Below, piece after piece: positions 57,641 through 64,000 of a DNA stretch of 64,000 nt. The notes beneath the pieces are model-generated. The model searched no databases, was not told where the DNA came from, and saw only the letters and a list, made by a program, of their open reading frames with translations. The stretch is from the NCBI GenBank assembly GCA_964499705.1, contig CAZCME010000008.1:62001-126000 (forward strand), written 5' to 3'. Position numbers and translations under genes: made by a program. The stretch comes from an uncultured bacterium (GTDB taxonomy: Bacteria; UBA8481). How positions within the stretch are numbered: the stretch's first letter is position 1; each line of letters begins with the position of its first letter.

Positions 57641-57805
57641 TCATCCCCGCTTCGCTCCGTACCGCTCCACAAGCCATCCCACGCCGAAAAGGGCCATTCC
57701 CATCAGCAGCAACCTCGGGCTCATCAGCTCGGGAAATTTCGCCACGAATCCGATCGCGATCATTCCCAATCCCGTCGCTTCCAATGCTTTGGCCAGATGA
57801 TACAT
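57641..57805 (-). CDS. Small two-TM protein (54 aa)
   Basis: Hand translation MYHLAKALEATGLGMIAIGFVAKFPELMSPRLLLMGMALFGVGWLVERYGAKRG; AGGAG upstream; below track cutoff. Confidence 0.6.
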   Translation of the reverse strand: MYHLAKALEATGLGMIAIGFVAKFPELMSPRLLLMGMALFGVGWLVERYGAKRG

Positions 57806-57900
57806 GGAGGGGTCATTCTCCTACATTTCGGCATTGAAATAAATGGATTTACGAAGTGTAATCACGAAAAGTAAGAGAATGGACTTTCGCGCACTGAGAT

Positions 57901-58003
57901 GCCATTCGTCATCAGTCATTGTTCACTCGCCATTTTCCATCGGATGGTCTTCATTTGGACTTTTCATTGACCAATGGCGAATGAACATCGACCGATGAAC
58001 AAT
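57901..58003. repeat. Degenerate heptamer arrays in inverted orientation
   Basis: GCCATTC GTCATCA GTCATTG TTCACTC GCCATTT ... AATGGCGAATGAACA (14/15 inverted match to TGTTCACTCGCCATT). Confidence 0.6.
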
Positions 58004-58059
58004 TCCACAATGTTGTGCAACCCCTGTACAAGATTAACGCGATCTGCCGAAATGTCCCC

Positions 58060-58383
58060 CTATGCCGCCTCCGCGAGGGAGAGATCGAGGATGATTTCAT
58101 CCGCGATGATGGACACGGGGTAGGATCGCACGCACTCGTGTTTCTCGCTTCCGGTTCCCGTTTCGAGGTTGAAACGGTGCGCGTGCAAGGGACAGATCAC
58201 CATGTTCGCTCCGATGATGCCGTCGGCCAGCGGGCCGCCGCGATGAGGACACTTGTTCTGGACCGCGCGCAAGGATCCATCGCGCTGCTTGAAGATCGCA
58301 ACCTCCTCGCCGTCGACGATGAAGCATCTCCCCTGTCCGACCGGCACCTGATGCACGGGGCCGAGGTTGACCCTGTTGCCCAT
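58060..58383 (-). CDS. nirD: Nitrite reductase small (Rieske) subunit
   Basis: CPHRGGPL and CPLH Rieske motifs; downstream of nirB; GAGGT SD. Confidence 0.85.
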   Translation of the reverse strand: MGNRVNLGPVHQVPVGQGRCFIVDGEEVAIFKQRDGSLRAVQNKCPHRGGPLADGIIGANMVICPLHAHRFNLETGTGSEKHECVRSYPVSIIADEIILDLSLAEAA

Positions 58384-58444
58384 CAGATAAACCTCGCCGC
58401 TCGATTCGATCGACGGCGTTGTAAAACCGCATTCCGCGACATAG

Positions 58445-60970
58445 TCAACCATTGGTCACTGCCTCCTTCAAGACTTGAACCAGCTCCGGCCCGCTGAACT
58501 GATGCGGATAGGCGGGCACCTCCGCTTCCTTCCATGGATCCTTGTACGCCTCCACGCTGCGCTGCATCTCCGCATCGAGCCGCGCGGCAATGCCGAGCGA
58601 ATCATCGATGAGGATGTTCTTCAGCGTGTCGATCCCGACTCTCTCGACGAAATCGTAGGTCCGCTCCAGGTATTTCCCGTGCTCGCGGTAGTACTGCATG
58701 AACCTGCCGACGAAGAGAAGAACCTGGTCGTGGCCCTTGACGGTCACGAGGAGATCGCCCTTGCGGACTTTCCCGCCGGCGGCGCCGCCGACGTAGATCT
58801 CCCACAGCCCGCCCTCTATCGCGACGGCTCCGATGTCCTTCACGTACGCCTCGGAGCAGTTGCGCGGGCAGCCGGCGGTCGCCAGCTTCATCTTGTGCGG
58901 CGACTCGATTCCCTGGAACCGGCGCTCGATTTCCTGTGCCATCGCGATTGCGTCTCCGAGCCCGTACCGGCAGAAATCGCTCCCGACACAGCTCTTGCAC
59001 GTCCGGAAGGCCTTCGTGTATGCGTGGCCGCTCGGTATGCCGAGCTCCTTCCACACGCCGGGAAGATCCTCCTTCCGGATCCCGAGGAGATCGATCCGCT
59101 GGCCGCCCGTGATCTTCACCATCCGGACGTTGTATTTCTCCGCGACGTCCGCGATCTTCCGCAGCTCCGCCGGCGAGGTCACGCCTCCGTAGATCCTCGG
59201 CACCACGGAGAATGTCCCGTCGTTCTGGATGTTGGCATGGACGCGATCATTGATGAATCTCGCGTCGCGCTCATCCTCGTACTCGTCATGCCAGATGGTC
59301 TTCAACAGGGACGCCAGTCCCACCTTGCTCGCCGGTTCCTCGCTTCCGTCGGCGAGCTCACGGAAGACGGCGCTGACGGACTTCAGCCCCCTCTGCCTGA
59401 TCTCCGCCACGAGCTGCGACTTCTCGAACGGCACGCCCGGAACGTAAAAGTGCTCGCTCGGGTCGTATCTCACTTCTCCCGCGTACGCCTCCACGAGCTG
59501 CGCGATCATCGTCTTGCACGATCCGCATCCCGCCCCCGCCTTCGTGCAGCTCCCGATCTTCGCGACGCTCGCGCAACCGTCCTTCTCGATCGCCTCGCGG
59601 ATCCTCCCCTTCGAGACTCCATTGCAGTTGCAGATCTGGGCGGTATCCGGGAGCTCCCGGATGTCGAAGAGCGACGAGACGTTCGTCGCTCCGAAGAGGA
59701 GATCGGTCGGCCGGTCGGGCACCTTCGATCCGGTCCTGTACATCTGCAGGAGCAGATCCGCCTCGTCGATGGAACCGAGGAGAATCGCGCCGGCGAGGCG
59801 CCCGTCGCGGATGATGAGCTTCTTGTACAAACCGCGTTTCGGCTCGCGATACACGATCACGTCGTCTTCGTCGCTCTTCGGGTTGGAATCCCCCATCGAA
59901 GCGAGCTCCACGCCCATCACCTTCAACTTCGTCCCGAGCTTCGATCCTTCATACCGCGACGCGGGATTGACGCCCGTCACGACGTCCGCCAGAGTCCGCG
60001 CCTGCTGCCAGATGGGTTCGACGAGCCCGTACAGCACTCCCCTGTGCTCCACGCATTCTCCGACGGAATAAATGTCCGGATCGCTCGTCCGCATCGCATC
60101 GTCGACGACGATCCCTTTCTTCACTTCCAAGCCCGAAGCGCCCGCGATCTCCGTGATCGGCCTGATGCCTGTGGAGACGACCACCATGTCCGTCTCCAGG
60201 CGCTGGCCGTCGCGAAATCTCACATGCGTCACGGGCCGCGCTTCCGTCGCATCACCGTCCGCACCGGCGATCGTCACCGTGATCCGATCGCAGAGGACGC
60301 GCACTCCCATGCCTTCCATCGTGCTCTTCAGAATCGAGCCGGATTCCGTGTCGAGCTGAAGGCCCATCAACTGCGGACCGGCCTCGATCACGGTCACCTC
60401 GACGCCGTGCGTCATGAGCCCGCGGGCGGCTTCGAGACCGAGGAGCCCGCCGCCGATCACGACGGCCTTGTGGCACTCGCGGGCGTAGTCGGCGATCCGC
60501 GAGCAATCATCGATCGTGCGGAAGAGAAAAGTGCCCGGCCGGCCGAATCCTTCGATCGGAGGAACGAACGGGCGCGATCCGGTCGCGATGATGACCACAT
60601 CGTACGGCTCCTCGATGCCTTCATCTCCCAAACCCTCATCGGAAGCCGCGTAGGCGATTGCTCCCTTGTCGAGCCGCTTACCGATGACGACCCGGCGGTC
60701 GCGATCGATCTTTACGGCCTTGACGCCCGCGTGCAGCGTGATGCCCTTCTCCACGTACCACGAAAGCGGATTCATGAAGATCTCGGTCGGCTCCTGCGTA
60801 CCGTTGAGGACATTGGACAGGAGAATGCGGTTATAGTTGCCATACGGCTCCGCGCCGAACATCGAGATGGAGAACATCCCGGGCGCGCGCTGGAGAATCT
60901 CCTCCACGACGCGCGCGCCGGCCATCCCGTTGCCGATGACAACCAGCCTCTTCTTCGCGATCGAGTTCAT
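58445..60970 (-). CDS. nirB: NAD(P)H nitrite reductase large subunit
   Basis: GNGMAG, YNRILLS, GGGLLGLEAA, CNCNGV/CGSC BFD, HANIQ, CVGSDFC and GCPRNC siroheme motifs. Confidence 0.95.
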   Translation of the reverse strand: MNSIAKKRLVVIGNGMAGARVVEEILQRAPGMFSISMFGAEPYGNYNRILLSNVLNGTQEPTEIFMNPLSWYVEKGITLHAGVKAVKIDRDRRVVIGKRLDKGAIAYAASDEGLGDEGIEEPYDVVIIATGSRPFVPPIEGFGRPGTFLFRTIDDCSRIADYARECHKAVVIGGGLLGLEAARGLMTHGVEVTVIEAGPQLMGLQLDTESGSILKSTMEGMGVRVLCDRITVTIAGADGDATEARPVTHVRFRDGQRLETDMVVVSTGIRPITEIAGASGLEVKKGIVVDDAMRTSDPDIYSVGECVEHRGVLYGLVEPIWQQARTLADVVTGVNPASRYEGSKLGTKLKVMGVELASMGDSNPKSDEDDVIVYREPKRGLYKKLIIRDGRLAGAILLGSIDEADLLLQMYRTGSKVPDRPTDLLFGATNVSSLFDIRELPDTAQICNCNGVSKGRIREAIEKDGCASVAKIGSCTKAGAGCGSCKTMIAQLVEAYAGEVRYDPSEHFYVPGVPFEKSQLVAEIRQRGLKSVSAVFRELADGSEEPASKVGLASLLKTIWHDEYEDERDARFINDRVHANIQNDGTFSVVPRIYGGVTSPAELRKIADVAEKYNVRMVKITGGQRIDLLGIRKEDLPGVWKELGIPSGHAYTKAFRTCKSCVGSDFCRYGLGDAIAMAQEIERRFQGIESPHKMKLATAGCPRNCSEAYVKDIGAVAIEGGLWEIYVGGAAGGKVRKGDLLVTVKGHDQVLLFVGRFMQYYREHGKYLERTYDFVERVGIDTLKNILIDDSLGIAARLDAEMQRSVEAYKDPWKEAEVPAYPHQFSGPELVQVLKEAVTNG

Positions 60971-60982
60971 GGCGAAGTGAAG

Positions 60983-60998
60983 AGCAATCCGCGTACCG
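60983..60998 (-). promoter_or_regulatory. sigma54 (-24/-12) promoter for nirBD
   Basis: CGGTACGCGGATTGCT, GG-N10-GC. Confidence 0.6.
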
Positions 60999-61119
60999 CC
61001 TTGAAACGAAGGAACTTCGGCTCTCATGCCGAAGAAAGCCCGATCAATTTTATTGAAAGCGACGATCAATTCTGACGCGGGATTTTTAAGCGCCGAACGT
61101 AACTTTCACCAACTGAACG

Positions 61120-61135
61120 TGGCATGAGCTTTGCG
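61120..61135 (+). promoter_or_regulatory. sigma54 (-24/-12) promoter for the FeS/anchor and nitrate reductase operon
   Basis: TGGCATGAGCTTTGCG, GG-N10-GC. Confidence 0.7.
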
Positions 61136-61147
61136 ATCACTCAGGCG

Positions 61148-62893
61148 ATGAAGGAACTCAGTCTCATCGATATGATCGATCTGCCGCTGAAGCGCCGTGT
61201 CGGATCCGACGGCACCTACGCTCCCGCCGCATTCTCCCCCGTACCATCCGCGCCCTCGACCGATCTGCCCCAATTCCGTGCGTTGGAGCGGATTCGCGCG
61301 CGCGGTTTCGACAAGGCGCCGAAGATTCCCGTCGAACCTTTGCTTCCGGACGAGCAATACCGATTCCACTTCAACGCCGGGCTCTGCATCGGATGCGAAT
61401 GCTGCGTCGTGGCGTGCAACGAGCAGAACAACAATCCCGCGAGCGTCAACTGGAGGCGCGTCGGGGAGATCGAGGGCGGCACGTGGCCCACCACCAACCG
61501 GCTCTATCTCTCCATGGGCTGCAACCATTGCATCGATCCGAGCTGCCTTTCCGGGTGCCCGACGGACGCGTACTTCAAGGATTCCGGCACGGGGATCGTC
61601 CGGCATCATGCCGATTCCTGCATCGGTTGCCAGTACTGCATCTGGAACTGTCCCTACGGCGTGCCGCAATTCAACGCCGACCGCGGGATCGTGACGAAAT
61701 GCGACATGTGCCATGCGAGGCTGTCAGAAGGGCAGGAACCGGCCTGCGTCCAGGCGTGCCCCGAGGAGGCGATCCGGATCGAGAAGGTGAATATCTCCGC
61801 GTGGAAGGCGAATCACGCCGAGGCGGACGCTCCGGGAATGCCGGACTCCAACCAGACGATCTCCACGACGCGCATCACGATGCCGGAGCAGATTCCGTTC
61901 GACACGGAACGCGTCAATGAGCATCGGATCGAGCCGGAGGATCCGCACACGCCGCTGATTTTCCTCCTGACGCTGACGCAGCTTTCCGTCGGAGGATTCG
62001 CCGCGCTCTGGCTCTGCGACATTCTCTCGATCCTTTTTCCGTCGCTGGGCCGGTTCGAGCACCGCATGGGGGCTATCGCCGCCGGCATGCTCTTCGTCGC
62101 CATGCTCGCCCTGAACGCATCCATCTTCCACCTGGGGCGCCCCATCCACGCCTGGAAGGCTCTCCGGATGTGGAAGAGGTCATGGCTCAGCCGCGAGGTC
62201 CTCCTCTTCTCCCTCTTCTCCGGATTCGCCTCGCTCTATTCCGGCCTCTGGCTCGACCGGATGTATCTCGGCCTCTTCCCCTTCACCGCTCCCGCGCGTA
62301 TTGCGCTCGGTTCGCTCGTCGTCCTCTCCGGTCTCGCGGGCGTATTTTCCAGCGCGTACATCTACATGGTTCCGGCGCGGCCCGCGTGGAACACGCCCCG
62401 GACTCTCCTGCGATTCTTCATGACCGCGTTCATCCTGGGCCCGCTCTTCGCCGCATCGCTATTGCTCGGGAGCGAATATTTCCTGTCGAGCCGCCTGCAT
62501 CATCCGGTCTATTCCATTTCTCTCTGGACGATCGTCGTCATCGCCAGCCTGACCCAGCTCGTCTCGCTCTTCACGTCCGTCATGGATCTCATCCGCGATG
62601 ACGTGGCGGAACTGAAGGGCACGGCGATGCTTCTGACACGCCGATTCCGCTCGCTCTTTCTCTCCCGCATCGCCATGCTCGGCGCCGGCGGCATTCTCCT
62701 GCCCGCCCTGCTGGCCTATTCCCTGCCGCAGTCGACCCAGTCCGACGTCGCGCGCCTCTTCCTTATCTCCGCCACGAGCTTCGCGCTCGCGTTGGCGAGC
62801 GAATTCATCGGGCGCTACCTCTTCTTCGTGACGGTCGTGCCGAAAAACATCGCCGGCGCCTTTTTCAAGCCCGCGCGGAGTCATTCGTCATGA
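61148..62893 (+). CDS. Fused 4Fe-4S (DmsB-like) and DmsC-like membrane anchor subunit
   Basis: CIGCECCVVAC, CNHCIDPSC..CP, CIGCQYC..CPY, KCDMC; HLGRP..SWLSRE and EFIGRYLFF anchor motifs. Confidence 0.88.
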   Translation: MKELSLIDMIDLPLKRRVGSDGTYAPAAFSPVPSAPSTDLPQFRALERIRARGFDKAPKIPVEPLLPDEQYRFHFNAGLCIGCECCVVACNEQNNNPASVNWRRVGEIEGGTWPTTNRLYLSMGCNHCIDPSCLSGCPTDAYFKDSGTGIVRHHADSCIGCQYCIWNCPYGVPQFNADRGIVTKCDMCHARLSEGQEPACVQACPEEAIRIEKVNISAWKANHAEADAPGMPDSNQTISTTRITMPEQIPFDTERVNEHRIEPEDPHTPLIFLLTLTQLSVGGFAALWLCDILSILFPSLGRFEHRMGAIAAGMLFVAMLALNASIFHLGRPIHAWKALRMWKRSWLSREVLLFSLFSGFASLYSGLWLDRMYLGLFPFTAPARIALGSLVVLSGLAGVFSSAYIYMVPARPAWNTPRTLLRFFMTAFILGPLFAASLLLGSEYFLSSRLHHPVYSISLWTIVVIASLTQLVSLFTSVMDLIRDDVAELKGTAMLLTRRFRSLFLSRIAMLGAGGILLPALLAYSLPQSTQSDVARLFLISATSFALALASEFIGRYLFFVTVVPKNIAGAFFKPARSHSS

Positions 62894-64000
62894 GCACGGC
62901 GGGAGGATTCAAGCCCCTGTTCGACAGGATCGCGTCGCTGGTCGGAGTCGGGCATAACGAGGAAAAATATTCCTACGGCGTCGACGAGACTTTCGGCGTC
63001 ACATCCGCCGGGAAAATTCCGGACCGGTGGATCAGGACCACCTGCGGATACTGTTCCGTCGGCTGCGGGATGCACATCGGCGTGAAGGACGGCAAAGCCA
63101 TCGCATCGCGCGGGGATTCCGATCATCCGGTCAACTACGGCAAGCTCTGCCCCAAGGGCCTCTCGGAGCACGAATCGATCGGCGCCGAAGGACGGGCGAC
63201 CACGCCGCTGTTGAAGAAGAACGGCGCGCTTCAGCCGGTCTCCTGGGACGAGGCCCTCGACACGATGATCGCGAAATTCCGCGCGGCGCAGGAGAAATAC
63301 GGCCCGGACAGCCTCGGAGTTTTGTCCACGGGACAACTTGTCACGGAGGAATTCTACGCGCTCGGCAAGCTTGTACAGCTCGGCTTCCGCACGAAAAATT
63401 ACGACGGCAACACCACGCTCTGCATGGCGACGGCCGTCGCCGGATACAAGCGCTCCTTCGGTTCCGACGGCCCGCCGGGCGCGTATGAGGACATGGCGCT
63501 GGCGGATGTGATTCTCCTCATCGGAGCCAACATCGCGGACAATCATCCGATCCTGACGTGCTGGCTGCGGGCCAACGAGAATCCGAACAAGACGCTCATC
63601 GTCGTCGATCCGCGCGCGACGAAGACCGCGATGATGGCGGACCTCTTCCTGCCCATCAAGCCCCGCTCCGATGTCGCGCTCCTTAACGGCATCATGCATA
63701 TCATTCTCCGCGACCGCCTGCACGACGGGAATTACATCGAGCGGCATACGAGCGGATTCCGGGAGCTCGCCGAGAGCCTGCTGAAATACAATCCGGAACA
63801 CGTCGCGAAACTGACGGGACTGACCGTGGAGACGATCGAGCGGGCCGCGAGGACGATCGGGCGCGCGGAATCGGCCTTCATCGGGTGGACGATGGGCGTC
63901 AATCACAGCGACCAAGGAACGGAAACGGTCAACGCCATCAATAACCTGTCGCTCCTGACCGGAAAGATCGGCAAGCCGGGTTCCGCCCCCTTTTCCATCA
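62890..64000 (+). CDS. Molybdopterin oxidoreductase catalytic subunit (NasA-like nitrate reductase), partial
   Basis: Hand translation from the ATGA overlap: TCGYCSVGCG..LCPKG, GQL, NTTLCMA, WTMGVNH; open to window end. Confidence 0.88.
   Translation, partial: MSTAGGFKPLFDRIASLVGVGHNEEKYSYGVDETFGVTSAGKIPDRWIRTTCGYCSVGCGMHIGVKDGKAIASRGDSDHPVNYGKLCPKGLSEHESIGAEGRATTPLLKKNGALQPVSWDEALDTMIAKFRAAQEKYGPDSLGVLSTGQLVTEEFYALGKLVQLGFRTKNYDGNTTLCMATAVAGYKRSFGSDGPPGAYEDMALADVILLIGANIADNHPILTCWLRANENPNKTLIVVDPRATKTAMMADLFLPIKPRSDVALLNGIMHIILRDRLHDGNYIERHTSGFRELAESLLKYNPEHVAKLTGLTVETIERAARTIGRAESAFIGWTMGVNHSDQGTETVNAINNLSLLTGKIGKPGSAPFSI

Noticed and set aside
58475-61075. 866-aa plus-strand ORF
   Set aside because: Antisense shadow of nirB
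61124-61147. Track start (ATG 61124) for the FeS-anchor gene
   Set aside because: Lies inside the sigma54 -24/-12 box, so a downstream start is preferred
1-64000. tRNA, rRNA, transposase, integrase or reverse transcriptase genes
   Set aside because: None recognised by eye; a covariance-model scan would be needed to exclude small RNAs

Overview
GC-rich chromosomal region of a diderm bacterium (heptose epimerase, TolC and LolA-like genes present; lineage not determinable here). Most genes are housekeeping or envelope: polyamine genes (aguB, aguA, DHS-like), hldD, lhgO, aas, RND efflux, rnhB, nadC, birA, aroB, upp, rpiB, a PPIase and a nitrate/nitrite reduction locus at the right end. A surface-glycosylation cluster lies at about 2.7-15.9 kb. 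The strongest candidate for an undescribed system is the minus-strand operon at 47.2-55.3 kb. It encodes a secreted 26-aa-repeat helical protein, then an RHS protein with a signal-like N-terminus, a bacteriocin-type double-glycine motif and a low-GC Cys-rich C-terminal cargo. These are followed by a low-GC membrane immunity candidate, a stand-alone C39 peptidase and a coupled GT2, and a G10 tract sits in the putative promoter. Other notable items: a Flp-pilin/Thr-rich/Ig fusion, a LysM-TolC fusion, a GH31 lacking catalytic residues, an archaeal-type RNase HII, two copies of a 70-bp perfect palindrome, apparent leaderless genes and divergent sigma54 promoters. No rRNA, tRNA, CRISPR array or transposase was recognised. 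All calls come from motif recognition by eye, with no database searches.
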